A stretch of 64,000 nt of DNA from Thermoanaerobaculia bacterium (GTDB lineage Bacteria > Acidobacteriota > Thermoanaerobaculia > Multivoradales > JAGPDF01). How positions within the stretch are numbered: the first letter of the stretch is position 1; each line of letters begins with the position of its first letter. Positions 1-9,772 of this stretch are shown here, piece by piece. A program made the translations under genes and the position numbers. The stretch lies in assembly GCA_050186295.1 (NCBI GenBank), contig JBFWYP010000011.1, positions 24,889 to 88,888 of the forward strand, written 5' to 3'. The notes beneath the pieces were generated by a model, which was given only the letters and a program-made list of their open reading frames with translations, was not told the origin of the DNA and searched no databases.

Positions 1-1
1 G

Positions 2-2104
2 CTGGCGACCGACGTCGGCGGCGCCCTCCGCCTGGCGCGGGCCGGACTGGTGACGTTCGACACGCCGGACGGTCTCGGACACACCTCGGTGACCTCGCTC
101 TTCGAAGCGCGTGACGGATCGCTCCACGCCAGCGGTCAGATCGGCGGCTGGATCCACCGCTTCGACTCCGGCCGGTTCGTCGCCGCGCGCCCGCGCGTCG
201 CTCCGGCGGTCGCCGAACGGCTCCGCCGGACCGCGACGCAGGTCCGGCAACGGCGCGATGGCAGCTGGTGGATGGCGACGCGCGAAGGGCTCTACCGCTA
301 CCCACCGACCGACCGGATCGAGGAGCTCGGGCGCCGCGATCCGATACGGAGGTTCGGACCGGAGGACGGACTGCCGAGCGGCCAGATCCACTCCACCTTC
401 GAGGATTCGCGCGGTCGTCTCTGGGTGGTGACCGCGCGCTCGCCGCACGGCACCCTGTCGCTGCTGCTCCCCGGCGAAGAGCGCTTCCGCCCCTTCGGGA
501 AGGCGGACGGCGTTCCGGTCGACGACGTGCCGACGGCCTTTCTCGAGGCTCCGGAAGGGACGATCTGGGTCGGTTGGGACGGCGGCGGGCTCGTGCGCGG
601 CGAAGGCGAACGATTCCGTCCGGTTGCCTTGCCGGTGCGCTCGACGATCGCGGCGCTGCTCCACGACCGGAGCGGCGGGCTCTGGGTGGCGACCGAAGGG
701 GAGGGGCTCTGGCACGCGACCGACCCGTCGCCCGATCGACCGGTCTGGCGTCACCTGACGAGCGCCGACGGCCTCGCGAGCGACGACGGCCGCTGTCTCG
801 TGGAGGACCGTGTCGGCGGGATCTATTTTGGATCGGTCAACGGGGTCGACCGGCTCGACACCGGGAGCGATGCCCTGCGCCACTATTCGACCGCCGACGG
901 TCTGGCGCAGCTCGAGACGACGGCGGCTCTGCGCGACCGCGACGGGTCGCTCTGGTTCGCCACGTACGGCGGCGTGTCGCGGCTGGTGCCCGAGCCCGAG
1001 CCGCGGCGCGATCCGCCGCCGGTCTGGATCGCGGGTCTCTGGGTGGACGACCGGCCGATGCCGGTGCCGACCTTCGGCACGACGGCGGCCGCTGCGATCG
1101 AGCTGCCGTTCGGCCGTCATCGCGTCCGGATCGACTTCCACGGCCCTTCGTTCGTCGCCGGCGAGCGCCTGCACTACCAGCTTCGCGACGGCGACGCGAG
1201 CGACTGGAGTCCGCCGTCGCCGGACCGCAGCGTCGTCTTCGCCGGACTCGGCAGCGGACGGCACGGGATCGAAGTGCGCGCCGTCGACGTCCGCGGCGAG
1301 TCCAGCGTCGAGCCGGCGCGCGCGGTGCTCCTCGTCCGCCCACCGTTCTGGCACCGCAGCTGGTTCTTCGCCGCCGTCGGACTCTCGCTCGCCGCGCTCG
1401 GAATCGCCGTCCACAGGCTCCGGGTGCAGCGGGCCGTCGAGCTCGAACGGGTGCGGACCCGGATCGCCGCCGATCTGCACGACGACCTCGGAGCGAGCCT
1501 CGCCCGGATCTCGCTGCTCGCCGAGCTGGCGCGTGCCGACCGCGAGCGGGCCGAGGCGCCGGCGGAGACGCTGCGTCAGATCGCCGACGCGGCGCGCGGC
1601 CTCACCGGCCGGGCGCGCGAGATCGTCTGGTCGCTCGATCCGCGGCACGACAACCTCGCGAGTTTCGCGGTCCGAGTGCGCGAGCTCACCGGGGAGCTGC
1701 TCGACCCGGGCGGCATCGCCTGGACGTTCGCCGCGCCGCCGACCGACGAGGCACGACGCATCGTCCTCCGGCCGGAGCTGCGGCGACACCTCCTGCTGCT
1801 GTTCAAGGAGGCGGTACACAACGCGCAGCGGCATTCGGGTGCGCAGCGGATCGATCTGCGACTCGGTCTCGACGGACGGATGCTGGTCGGCGCGATCGTG
1901 GACGACGGTTGCGGTCTGCCGGAGGAGCCGCGGGAGGGCTCCGGCCAGGGTCTCGGCAATCTGCGCCAGCGGATCGGGGCGCTGGGCGGGGAGCTCTTCC
2001 TCGATTCGCGGCCCGGGGAGGGGACCGCGATCCGCTTCTCGGTGCCGCTCGCCGCCGGCGACCGCACGAAGATGCGATTGCGTGCTCCCCGGGGGGCTCT
2101 GTAA
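2..2104 (+). CDS. Sensor histidine kinase with periplasmic beta-propeller (Reg_prop / Y_Y_Y-type) repeats, HisKA_3 and HATPase_c domains; 5' partial
   Basis: The ORF track gives 50..2104 (GTG at 50). The same frame has no stop back to nt 2, so the gene probably enters from upstream. It has repeated propeller-like motifs (DRSGGLWVATEGEGL, DRDGSLWFATYGGV) and one TM helix (WFFAAVGLSLAALGIAV). The H-box is IAADLHDDLGASL and the C-terminal G-box is GQGLGNLRQRI. A LuxR-type regulator starts 4 nt downstream. Confidence 0.85.
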   Translation: MATDVGGALRLARAGLVTFDTPDGLGHTSVTSLFEARDGSLHASGQIGGWIHRFDSGRFVAARPRVAPAVAERLRRTATQVRQRRDGSWWMATREGLYRYPPTDRIEELGRRDPIRRFGPEDGLPSGQIHSTFEDSRGRLWVVTARSPHGTLSLLLPGEERFRPFGKADGVPVDDVPTAFLEAPEGTIWVGWDGGGLVRGEGERFRPVALPVRSTIAALLHDRSGGLWVATEGEGLWHATDPSPDRPVWRHLTSADGLASDDGRCLVEDRVGGIYFGSVNGVDRLDTGSDALRHYSTADGLAQLETTAALRDRDGSLWFATYGGVSRLVPEPEPRRDPPPVWIAGLWVDDRPMPVPTFGTTAAAAIELPFGRHRVRIDFHGPSFVAGERLHYQLRDGDASDWSPPSPDRSVVFAGLGSGRHGIEVRAVDVRGESSVEPARAVLLVRPPFWHRSWFFAAVGLSLAALGIAVHRLRVQRAVELERVRTRIAADLHDDLGASLARISLLAELARADRERAEAPAETLRQIADAARGLTGRAREIVWSLDPRHDNLASFAVRVRELTGELLDPGGIAWTFAAPPTDEARRIVLRPELRRHLLLLFKEAVHNAQRHSGAQRIDLRLGLDGRMLVGAIVDDGCGLPEEPREGSGQGLGNLRQRIGALGGELFLDSRPGEGTAIRFSVPLAAGDRTKMRLRAPRGAL

Positions 2105-2107
2105 GTC

Positions 2108-2761
2108 TTGGGCACCGTGCCCGAGCCGACGATCCGCGTGGCCCTGGTCGACGACGACCGGCTGCTCAGCCAGACGCTGCGTCGGCTCCTCGACAGTGCC
2201 CCCGGGTTCGAGTGCTGCGGCGCCTATGCCACCGTCGAATCGGCGCGCCGCGGCCTCGAGTCGGTGCGGGCTGATCTGGTCCTGCTCGATGTCGACCTGC
2301 CGGGGATCCCCGGCCCGGCGGGGGCGGCGATCCTGCGCGAGCTCGACCCGCCGCCCGAGATCGTCATGTTCACGGTCTACGCCGACGACGACAAGGTCTT
2401 CACTTCGCTCCTGAACGGGGCATGCGGCTACCTCCTGAAAGACACGCCGCCGGAGCGCCTGCTCACCGCGCTGCGCGACGCGCGGGAGGGGGGTGCGCCG
2501 ATGTCGTCGCAGATCGCGCGCAAGGTGATCGGCCTGTTCCGCCAGGTCGCGCCGCCGCCGCGCGCCGAGCACGATCTCACGCCGCAGGAGCTGCGGCTTC
2601 TGGGTCTGTTCTCGGAGGGGTACAGCTACCAGGGGGTCGCGGAAGAGCTCGGAATCTCGGTCAACACCGTCCGCAGCCATGTCCGCAATGTCTACGACAA
2701 GCTCCACGTCCACTCGCGCTCGCAGGCCGTGCACGCCGCGATCCGGCGCGGGATCCTCTAG
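2108..2761 (+). CDS. NarL/FixJ-family response regulator (receiver + LuxR-type HTH)
   Basis: ORF 2108..2761. The receiver motifs are IRVALVDDD and DLVLLDVDLPG. The C-terminal LuxR/GerE HTH reads LTPQELRLLGLFSEGYSYQGVAEELGISVNTVRSHVRNVYDKL. Confidence 0.9.
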   Translation: MGTVPEPTIRVALVDDDRLLSQTLRRLLDSAPGFECCGAYATVESARRGLESVRADLVLLDVDLPGIPGPAGAAILRELDPPPEIVMFTVYADDDKVFTSLLNGACGYLLKDTPPERLLTALRDAREGGAPMSSQIARKVIGLFRQVAPPPRAEHDLTPQELRLLGLFSEGYSYQGVAEELGISVNTVRSHVRNVYDKLHVHSRSQAVHAAIRRGIL

Positions 2762-2821
2762 GGGCCGGGTGCCCCCGAGGGGAGGTAGGCGGCACCTCCG
2801 GTGGGTCGAACCCGGCTCCGG

Positions 2822-2827
2822 TAGGAT
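2822..2827 (+). promoter_or_regulatory. Putative -10 box (TAGGAT) of a leaderless transcript
   Basis: The hexamer ends 8 nt upstream of the ATG at 2836, with no Shine-Dalgarno sequence between. The same geometry recurs at several other starts in the window. Confidence 0.45.
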
Positions 2828-2835
2828 CGGTCGGA

Positions 2836-3462
2836 ATGATCTCCGGGAGAGAGGCACTCGAACGGTTGCGGGAGGGCAACCGGCGCTTCGTGGCTGCGCT
2901 GCAGACCGGCGAGGCGCACCCGACCGTGACGCGGCGCAACGAGCTCCTCGCCGGCCAGGAGCCGTTCGCGATCGTCCTCGGCTGTTCCGACTCCCGCGTG
3001 CCGGCCGAATACGTCTTCGACCAGGGCCTCGGCGACCTCTTCGTCATCCGGGTGGCCGGGAACATCGTCGCCCCCTCCCAGGTCGGCAGCGTCGAATTCG
3101 CGGCCGAACGGTTCGCGACCCGCCTGGTCGTGGTGCTCGGACATTCGATGTGCGGCGTGATCCTCGCCACGCTCGAAGAGCTGGGTCGACCGACCGAGAA
3201 TCAGTCGCCCAATCTGCGCTCGATCGTCGACCGCGTGCGCCCCTCGGTGGAACCGCTCCTGGCGACGAAACTGCGCAAGGACCCCGCCGCTCTCGTGCGG
3301 GAGGCGGTGCGCGCCAACATCCGGGCCTCGGCCCAGCATCTGCGCAACGGCTCGCAGATCCTCGAGCAGCTGATCCGGACCGACGAGCTGCTGGTCGTGG
3401 CAGCCGAGTACTCGCTCGAGACCGGGGAGGTCGACTTCTTCGAATGTCCTGCCGACTGCTGA
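2836..3462 (+). CDS. Beta-class carbonic anhydrase
   Basis: This is the in-frame internal ATG of ORF 2422..3462. The protein starts MISGREALERLREGNRRF. The zinc-ligand motifs CSDSRVP and HSMCG are present. The upstream part of the ORF is Arg/Ala-rich junk. Confidence 0.88.
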   Translation: MISGREALERLREGNRRFVAALQTGEAHPTVTRRNELLAGQEPFAIVLGCSDSRVPAEYVFDQGLGDLFVIRVAGNIVAPSQVGSVEFAAERFATRLVVVLGHSMCGVILATLEELGRPTENQSPNLRSIVDRVRPSVEPLLATKLRKDPAALVREAVRANIRASAQHLRNGSQILEQLIRTDELLVVAAEYSLETGEVDFFECPADC

Positions 3463-3509
3463 AGAACGCAGCGCGGGCGCCGGGATGCGGTCTCACCCCG
3501 TCGGGGCGA

Positions 3510-3515
3510 TAGCAT
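3510..3515 (+). promoter_or_regulatory. Putative -10 box (TAGCAT) of a leaderless transcript
   Basis: TAGCAT ends 8 nt upstream of the ATG at 3524, with no SD sequence. Confidence 0.4.
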
Positions 3516-3523
3516 CGGCAGCC

Positions 3524-3880
3524 ATGTCCGTCGACCCTGTTCGTGGCTGGAGCGGGCGGACCTACCGGGTCGCCGGGCTCGGCCTGCTCCTCGGCGGGAT
3601 CGCGAGCTTCGCTCTCGCGGTGGGGATGAAGATCTTGGCGCCGGAGCATCCGGCGACGACGCCGATCGTCTGGTCGGCGATCGCACTCAATCTCGTCGCG
3701 TTCATCTGGATTCCGGCGATGCTGCTGCGCCTCATGTCGCGGCGCGGGCTCGATACGCGGGGCAAGCGGCTGGTGGTGAGCCGGGCCGTCTGGGGCGGCC
3801 CGTTCGGCACGATCGGAGCGCTCTGGGACCTGACTGCCGGCGATCCTGCGGCGCCGCCGGGGTCGCTCCCGGGCGGCTGA
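3524..3880 (+). CDS. Hypothetical small membrane protein
   Basis: This is the in-frame ATG inside ORF 3485..3880. Hydrophobic helices are present (VAGLGLLLGGIASFALAVG, IVWSAIALNLVAFIWIPAMLL). It fills an otherwise empty gap. I recognise no family. Confidence 0.45.
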   Translation: MSVDPVRGWSGRTYRVAGLGLLLGGIASFALAVGMKILAPEHPATTPIVWSAIALNLVAFIWIPAMLLRLMSRRGLDTRGKRLVVSRAVWGGPFGTIGALWDLTAGDPAAPPGSLPGG

Positions 3881-3898
3881 GCGGCCCGGCCCTCGTCT

Positions 3899-4621
3899 TC
3901 AGGCGAGGTTGTGGAACACCTTCTGGACGTCGTCGTCCTGTTCGAGGGTGTCGACCAGCTTCAGGACCGCGTTGGCCGCCGCTTCGGCGAGCTCGATGGT
4001 CGAGGTGGGGACGTACTCCGACTCGGCCGAGATCGGCGCGATCCCGCGCTCCTCGAGCGCTTTCTGGAGGTTGCCGAAGTCGTTGAAGGCACAGCGGACG
4101 AGGAGCTGGCGCTCCTCCTTCTCGGTCATCGTTTCGCCCATCTCCTCGAGCCCGTGGTCGATCAGCTCGAGCTCGAGCTCGTCGGGGTCGAGCCCATCGG
4201 GGTCGAGCCGGAACGCTCCCATGTGCTGAAACTGGAACGCGACGCTGCCGGTCTGCGCCAGATTTCCGCCCCCCTTGTTGAACAGGGTGCGGAGGTTGGA
4301 GACGGTGCGCGCCGTGTTGTCGGTGGCCGTTTCGACGATGACCGCGATGCCGTGCGGCGCGTACCCCTCGTAGAGGACCTCCTCGTAGGCGACGGCGTTC
4401 TGGCCGGAGGCGCGCTTGATCGCCGACTCGACCTTGTCCTTCGGCATGTTGACGGCGCGGGCGTTCTGGATCGCCCGCTTGAGGGAGGGGTTGGCCTCCG
4501 GGTTCGGGCCGCCGGCCTTGACGGCGATGGTGATCTCTTTGCCGATGCGGGCGAACGCCTTGGACATCTTGTCCCAGCGCGCGAACATCGTGTGCTTGCG
4601 GGTTTCGAAAATCCGTCCCAT
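3899..4621 (-). CDS. YebC/PmpR-family DNA-binding transcriptional regulator
   Basis: This is the internal ATG at 4621 of ORF 3899..5158. The protein starts [62 protein letters not shown], the hallmark YebC N-terminus. Length is 240 aa. Confidence 0.92.
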   Translation of the reverse strand: MGRIFETRKHTMFARWDKMSKAFARIGKEITIAVKAGGPNPEANPSLKRAIQNARAVNMPKDKVESAIKRASGQNAVAYEEVLYEGYAPHGIAVIVETATDNTARTVSNLRTLFNKGGGNLAQTGSVAFQFQHMGAFRLDPDGLDPDELELELIDHGLEEMGETMTEKEERQLLVRCAFNDFGNLQKALEERGIAPISAESEYVPTSTIELAEAAANAVLKLVDTLEQDDDVQKVFHNLA

Positions 4622-4680
4622 GGTCGTCTCGAAAGGGAAGGGCCGCGGGCGGGGAGCCACCAGGGCCGGAGCGGCGACGA

Positions 4681-4686
4681 TATCAT
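4681..4686 (+). promoter_or_regulatory. Putative -10 box (TATCAT) of a leaderless transcript
   Basis: TATCAT ends 8 nt upstream of the ATG at 4695, with no SD sequence. Confidence 0.4.
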
Positions 4687-4694
4687 CCCCTCCC

Positions 4695-5576
4695 ATGCGC
4701 CTCACGATCCTCCTCGTCGCCGCACTCCTTCCCACCGCTCTCGTCGGTTGCGGCAAGAGCCGGGACGCCGGCCCCGCGGTCGCGGCGGACACCGAGACCG
4801 CGGCTGCGACCGCCTTCCGGGACCGCGTCCTCGCGATCGTCGGGGAAGAGTTCCCCGATGCCGGCCTCGTAACGAGCGTCGATCCTCTCGTCCTGCGCCG
4901 GGGCGACGCCGAGCTCCATCTCGGCAATCTACGCGCGAAGTGCGAGGCGGCCGGCGGTGTCGACAGCTGCCGTGGTGTGATCCGCGAACATTTCGCCCTC
5001 ATTCTCGAGAGTCTGGCGGTACCGGACGTCGTGGGCGGGCTCGACTGGGAGACGGCGAAGCCGAGGCTCCGGCCCCAGCTCACCCCGGTGGAGGTCCTGG
5101 AGGGGCTGAAGATCCCGCACGACCCGCTGGGGGACGGCCTGATGGTGGCGTTCGTCACCGACGCGCCGAAGAACTACCGCTACGTCTCGGACGAGGATCT
5201 CGCCCGCTGGGGCGTCTCGGTCGAGGAGGTCCGGCGACTGGCGGTGGCGAACCTCGAAGCGGCGACAGTCGACATGCCGGTGGCCGGCGTCGAAGGCGAG
5301 AATCAGCTGCTGGCGGTGGAGATCGGCGACGGCTACGACGCCACCCGCCTCCTGCTGCCCGGTTTCCGGCGCTTCGCGATCTCCAAGCTGGGCGAACCGT
5401 TCTTCGCCGCCGTACCGAACCGTGACGTCCTCGTCATGTGGTCGGAGAAGAGCTCGGCCGACTTCCAGGCGAGCGTGCGCCGGAGCGTCCAGGAGAGCTT
5501 CTTCTCCGAGGCCTACCCGGTCTCGCTGCGCATCTTCCGGGTCGACACCAAGGGGTTCCAGGCGGTGGCGCAGTGA
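4695..5576 (+). CDS. Hypothetical lipoprotein
   Basis: This is the internal ATG of ORF 4416..5576. The N-terminus [21 protein letters not shown] is a signal peptide plus lipobox (LVGC). The family is uncertain. Confidence 0.6.
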   Translation: MRLTILLVAALLPTALVGCGKSRDAGPAVAADTETAAATAFRDRVLAIVGEEFPDAGLVTSVDPLVLRRGDAELHLGNLRAKCEAAGGVDSCRGVIREHFALILESLAVPDVVGGLDWETAKPRLRPQLTPVEVLEGLKIPHDPLGDGLMVAFVTDAPKNYRYVSDEDLARWGVSVEEVRRLAVANLEAATVDMPVAGVEGENQLLAVEIGDGYDATRLLLPGFRRFAISKLGEPFFAAVPNRDVLVMWSEKSSADFQASVRRSVQESFFSEAYPVSLRIFRVDTKGFQAVAQ

Positions 5577-5605
5577 GCGGTCGCGCGGAATCGACGAAGA
5601 GATGG

Positions 5606-6565
5606 ATGCGGGATGGTTCGTCGGGAGCGGCGTTCCTGCTCCTGCTCGGCGCGGCGACCGTTCTCGCCGGCTGCCGCACGACCGCACTGGTGGCGCCCGA
5701 GCCGGCCACGCCGGTCGCCTCGGCTCCCGCCGCTCCGGTCGCGGTGCACGAGCCGGAGCTGCAGCCGGTGGCGGACGGGCCGCCGTACGTCGTCGAAGAC
5801 GCGGTGCCCCAGGACGATCGTCTCAACGCACTCCTCTGGACGCAGACCTCGGCCGAGTACCGGACACTGGCCGAGACGACCTGGTCCGCCGCATCCCGGG
5901 CGCTCGAACGGGCGCTCGCCGATCCGCACTGGACCGCGGCCCTCGAGCAGACCGGCGACTCCGCGGGTCTCCCGCCGGCGGTGATCGTCGACGTCGACGA
6001 AACGGTGCTCGACAACTCGCCGTTCGAAGCGGAGTCACTGCTCGCCGGTCGCGCGTTCGAACGCGAGAGCTGGCTCGCCTGGATCGCCTCGGCGAGCGCT
6101 CCCGCGGTGCCCGGGGCGCTCGCGTTCGCGCGCCGCGCGGACGCCCTCGGCGTGACCATCTTCTACGTCACCAACCGTGACGTCGGAGAGGAGGACGGCA
6201 CGCGGAGAAACCTCGCCCGACTGGGCTTCCCGATCCACGAGGAGACCGACACGGTCCTCCTGCGCGGGGAGCGGCCCGCCTACGTCTCGGACAAGACCAG
6301 CCGCCGCGCCGAGATCGCGCGGAGTCACCGCATCCTTCTGCTGGCGGGGGACGATCTGAACGACTTCGTCACCGGAGCGCTCGACCGGCCCGATCGCCGG
6401 ATCGCAGTGGCCAGGGAGCACGCCGGTTTCTGGGGGGAGCGCTGGTTCCTGCTGCCCAACCCGGACTACGGCTCCTGGGAGAGGGCGCTCTACGAGAACG
6501 ACCGGGGACTCTCCACCGAGGAGAAGCGGCGCCGCAAGAGGATGCAGCTCCGCACGATTCCGTGA
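5606..6565 (+). CDS. HAD-superfamily class B/C acid phosphatase, 5'-nucleotidase lipoprotein e(P4)-like
   Basis: This is the internal ATG of ORF 5438..6565. The lipobox is TVLAGC. The HAD motif I is VIVDVDETVLDNSPF. The later motifs YVTNR and GDDLNDF are present. Confidence 0.8.
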   Translation: MRDGSSGAAFLLLLGAATVLAGCRTTALVAPEPATPVASAPAAPVAVHEPELQPVADGPPYVVEDAVPQDDRLNALLWTQTSAEYRTLAETTWSAASRALERALADPHWTAALEQTGDSAGLPPAVIVDVDETVLDNSPFEAESLLAGRAFERESWLAWIASASAPAVPGALAFARRADALGVTIFYVTNRDVGEEDGTRRNLARLGFPIHEETDTVLLRGERPAYVSDKTSRRAEIARSHRILLLAGDDLNDFVTGALDRPDRRIAVAREHAGFWGERWFLLPNPDYGSWERALYENDRGLSTEEKRRRKRMQLRTIP

Positions 6566-6930
6566 CGCGTTCAGCCGGAACGGGCGGCTGGAGCCGGTTC
6601 TATCGGGTGATCGCCCGCATTCCACCGGGTCGTGTCGCCACCTACGGGCAGATCTCCGCTCTCGCCGGACTGCCTCGCCACGCGCGACAGGTGGGTTACG
6701 CGCTCGCGGCGCTTCCCGACGACAGCGATCTCCCCTGGCAGCGCGTCGTCAACGCCCGCGGCGAAGTGAGCCCGCGCGGCGGCGCCGATCTCGGGCGGAG
6801 CGGTTTCCAGCGACACCTGCTCGAGGAGGAGGGAGTCGTGTTCGACCTCTCCGGGCGCATCGATCTCGAGCGGTTCCGCTGGCGGCCGCGTGTGGCGCGC
6901 GCTGCAGGGTCCCGCCGCACCGGCGCGTAG
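6562..6930 (+). CDS. MGMT-family alkyltransferase-like (ATL) DNA-binding protein lacking the acceptor cysteine
   Basis: ORF 6562..6930. The helix-turn-helix reads YGQISALAGLPRHARQVGYAL. The active-site position reads PWQRVV instead of PCHRV. Confidence 0.8.
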   Translation: MTRSAGTGGWSRFYRVIARIPPGRVATYGQISALAGLPRHARQVGYALAALPDDSDLPWQRVVNARGEVSPRGGADLGRSGFQRHLLEEEGVVFDLSGRIDLERFRWRPRVARAAGSRRTGA

Positions 6931-6979
6931 AATCCGGTCCGGCGCCGGCAGCGACGTCAGCGCCAGAAGAGGAGCGACG

Positions 6980-7363
6980 TTGAGCACGAAACCGGTGGGA
7001 TCGATCGGCTGGATCGACCTGACGATCGAGGACGCGCCCGCCATCCGCGACTTCTACAGCGCGGTGGTGGGCTGGAAGTCGGCCGAGCTCGACATGGGGG
7101 GCTACCCCGACTTCGTCCTGAGCAGACCCGGGGACGACGAGTCGGTCGCCGGGGTCTGCCACGCGCGGGGCGGCAACGCCGGCCTGCCGCCCGTCTGGAT
7201 GATCTACATCGTGGTCGCCGACCTCGACGCCAGTCTCGAGCAGGTCCGTGCGCGCGGCGGGGAGGTGCTGTCGCCGGTGCGCAAGGTGGGCGCGGACCGC
7301 TACGCGGTCATCCGCGATCCCGCCGGCGCCGCAGCGGCGCTCTACCAGTTCGCCGGAGCCTGA
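6980..7363 (+). CDS. VOC (glyoxalase/bleomycin-resistance) family protein
   Basis: This is the in-frame TTG at 6980 inside ORF 6890..7363, preceded by AGAAGAGGAG. The sequence IGWIDLTIEDAPAIRDFYSAVVGW is typical of VOC proteins, and the C-terminus reads YAVIRDPAGAAAALYQ. The start is uncertain. Confidence 0.7.
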   Translation: MSTKPVGSIGWIDLTIEDAPAIRDFYSAVVGWKSAELDMGGYPDFVLSRPGDDESVAGVCHARGGNAGLPPVWMIYIVVADLDASLEQVRARGGEVLSPVRKVGADRYAVIRDPAGAAAALYQFAGA

Positions 7364-7382
7364 CCTCCGGTCGGCGGGCGAC

Positions 7383-8063
7383 TTGGGACGCTCTCTTCGG
7401 CAGTGGTGGCAGGAGCTCGGGCCGGGAGGCGCGACGACCTTCTCGCTCGCCTTTCTGAGCGGCCTGCTGACGGCCGGGCTGCCGGTCGCCTGGCGGATGC
7501 GCAGCGTCTTCGCGGCGGCGAAGCTGGACGAGCGACAAGCGGCCGATGCGATCCTGGTGCTCGGCCGTGCGCTCGCTCACGATCTCCCGTCCGCCGTCTT
7601 CCGCGCCCGCCTCGATCACGGCGCGAGACTCTTCGCCGGGAGACTCGCGCCGCGGATCGTCGTCTCCGGCGGACTCACCGGACGCTCGACCGTGAGCGAA
7701 GCGGAAGCCGGGCGCCGCTATCTCGTCGAACGGGGGGTGCCGGCCGAGGCCGTGCTGATCGAAGCACGCAGCCGGCACACCCTCGAGAACCTCCACTTCG
7801 TGCGCGAGACCATGCGCGCCGCCGGCTGGCGACGGCTGCTCCTGGTCACCGATCCGCTGCACCTGGCGCGCGCTTCGACGTTGGCGCGCGGCCTGGCGAT
7901 CGAAGTCTTTCCCTCCGGGGCCCCGGACTGTCCGCCGGCGCCGCGCTCCACCGGCTGGTGGCTGCGCGCGGCGAACGAGGGATTTCTGCTGCACTGGTAC
8001 CACCTGGGTCTTGCCTACAGCCGCGCGATCGGCTCCACCCGGATGCTCGATCGAGTGACCTGA
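7383..8063 (+). CDS. YdcF/ElyC-like DUF218 family protein
   Basis: Frame of ORF 7248..8063. There is a TM segment followed by ILVLGRA...RIVVSGG...SEAEAGRRYLVERGVP...LLLVTDPLHLARA. The start (TTG at 7383) is approximate. Confidence 0.7.
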   Translation: MGRSLRQWWQELGPGGATTFSLAFLSGLLTAGLPVAWRMRSVFAAAKLDERQAADAILVLGRALAHDLPSAVFRARLDHGARLFAGRLAPRIVVSGGLTGRSTVSEAEAGRRYLVERGVPAEAVLIEARSRHTLENLHFVRETMRAAGWRRLLLVTDPLHLARASTLARGLAIEVFPSGAPDCPPAPRSTGWWLRAANEGFLLHWYHLGLAYSRAIGSTRMLDRVT

Positions 8064-8104
8064 ACTCTGGATACAATCGATTCACAATTCCTGAGGTGTC
8101 GCGC

Positions 8105-9763
8105 ATGAATCCAAGGATGACGGGAGTCCTTTTGGCTGCCTTCTGGCTCGCCGCCGGGGGGGCGCAGAGCGCTTCGGCCGGTGCAGCCGCACTGTCGGCG
8201 ACCGACGCCGAGATGCTCGGCAGGATCCGGGACGAGGGGTTCCGCCGGTCGCAGGTGATGGCGACCGCGGAGCACCTGACCGACGTGATCGGGCCCCGGT
8301 TGACCGGTTCGCCGCAGATGCGGGCGGCGAACGACTGGACGCGGGAGAAGCTCGAGAGCTGGGGGCTCCGGAACGCCCACCTCGAATCGCACGACTTCGG
8401 CGAGGGCTGGAGCTTCGAGCGCTGTGCCGTGCGGCAGCTCTCGCCGGCCGTGGCGGTGCTGTCGGCGCTGCCCAAGGCGTGGACGCCGGGAACCGACGGA
8501 CCGGTCCGCGGCGTCGCGATGGAGACGAAGCTCGAGAAGGAGGAGGATCTCGACGAGCTGGCGGGAAAGCTCCGGGGCAAGATCCTCTTCGTCTCGGACC
8601 GTCCCGAGCACAAGGATCCGGCGGAGAACGCCTTCGGACGGTGGGACGAAGCCAGCCTCGCCGACCTCGAGCAGTACGACATCCCGGCGGAGCGCGACAG
8701 CGACAGCTGGCGCGAGCGCTCCCGCAAGCGTCGTGAGCTGTGGCGGAAGATCGCCGACCGGCTCGTCGACGAAGGGGTCGTCGCCCTGGTCGATGTCTCC
8801 TCGTTCGAAAACGGCGTCGTCCGTACCGGCGGCGGCGGAAACCAGGGGATCCCGGGCTATCCGATCGGGCCGCCGCAGCTGACGATGGCGATGGAGCCGT
8901 ACGAACGGATCGTGCGCCTGCTCGACGACGGGATCGAAGTCGAGCTCGAGCTCGACGTGGCGACGACGTTCTACCGCGATTCGACTCTGGCGTGGAACAC
9001 GATCGCCGAGATCCCCGGCACCGGGAAGTCGGGGGAGGTCGTGATGGTCGGCGCGCACCTCGACTCCTGGCATCTCGGCACCGGAGCGACCGACAACGGC
9101 GCCGGCAGCTCGGTGGCGCTCGAGGCGGTGCGGATCCTCCAGGCGATCGGAGTGCGCCCGAAGCGGACGATCCGCATCGGGCTCTGGAGCGGCGAGGAGC
9201 AGGGGTCCCTCGGCTCGCGCGCCTACGTCGCAGAGCATTTCGCGTCGCGCCCCGAGCCGACCGACGAGGCCGAGCTGGCGCTGCCGAAGCGGTATCGCAA
9301 GACGACCTGGCCGCTCACCACCAAGCCGGAGCACGCCAAGCTCGCGCTCTACCTCAACCTCGACAACGGCAGCGGGCGGGTACACGGTGTCTACGCGCAG
9401 GAGAACTTCGGCGCCAAGCGCAGGTTCGAACAGTGGATCGAACCGCTCGCCGATCTCGGCGTCACGACGGTGACCATGGAGAACACCAGCGCGACCGATC
9501 ACGTCTCCTTCGACGGCGTCGGGATCCCCGGCTTCCAGCTGATCCAGGACGGCCGCGACTACTCGTACCGGACCCACCATTCGAATCTCGACACCTACGA
9601 GCACCTCGACCGCGAGTCGTTGATGCAGGCGTCGGTCGTGATGGCGTCGCTGCTCTACCAGGCGGCGATGGACGAGACCCCGTTTCCGCGCAAGCCGCTG
9701 CCCACCGAGCCGCCGGAGAAGAAGGCGCGGAAGAAAAGCACGGAGGACGCCGCGGCGAAGTAG
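8105..9763 (+). CDS. Secreted M28-family zinc aminopeptidase
   Basis: This is the internal ATG of ORF 7403..9763. The signal peptide is MNPRMTGVLLAAFWLAAGGAQSASA. The M28 motifs are GAHLDSWHLGTGATDNGAGSS, GLWSGEEQGSLGS and SATDHVSF. Confidence 0.88.
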   Translation: MNPRMTGVLLAAFWLAAGGAQSASAGAAALSATDAEMLGRIRDEGFRRSQVMATAEHLTDVIGPRLTGSPQMRAANDWTREKLESWGLRNAHLESHDFGEGWSFERCAVRQLSPAVAVLSALPKAWTPGTDGPVRGVAMETKLEKEEDLDELAGKLRGKILFVSDRPEHKDPAENAFGRWDEASLADLEQYDIPAERDSDSWRERSRKRRELWRKIADRLVDEGVVALVDVSSFENGVVRTGGGGNQGIPGYPIGPPQLTMAMEPYERIVRLLDDGIEVELELDVATTFYRDSTLAWNTIAEIPGTGKSGEVVMVGAHLDSWHLGTGATDNGAGSSVALEAVRILQAIGVRPKRTIRIGLWSGEEQGSLGSRAYVAEHFASRPEPTDEAELALPKRYRKTTWPLTTKPEHAKLALYLNLDNGSGRVHGVYAQENFGAKRRFEQWIEPLADLGVTTVTMENTSATDHVSFDGVGIPGFQLIQDGRDYSYRTHHSNLDTYEHLDRESLMQASVVMASLLYQAAMDETPFPRKPLPTEPPEKKARKKSTEDAAAK

Positions 9764-9766
9764 GAT
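9761..9766 (+). promoter_or_regulatory. Putative -10 box (TAGGAT) for selC
   Basis: The hexamer overlaps the TAG stop of the M28 gene. It ends 6 nt before the first nucleotide of the tRNA. Confidence 0.4.
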
Positions 9767-9772
9767 CCGTCC

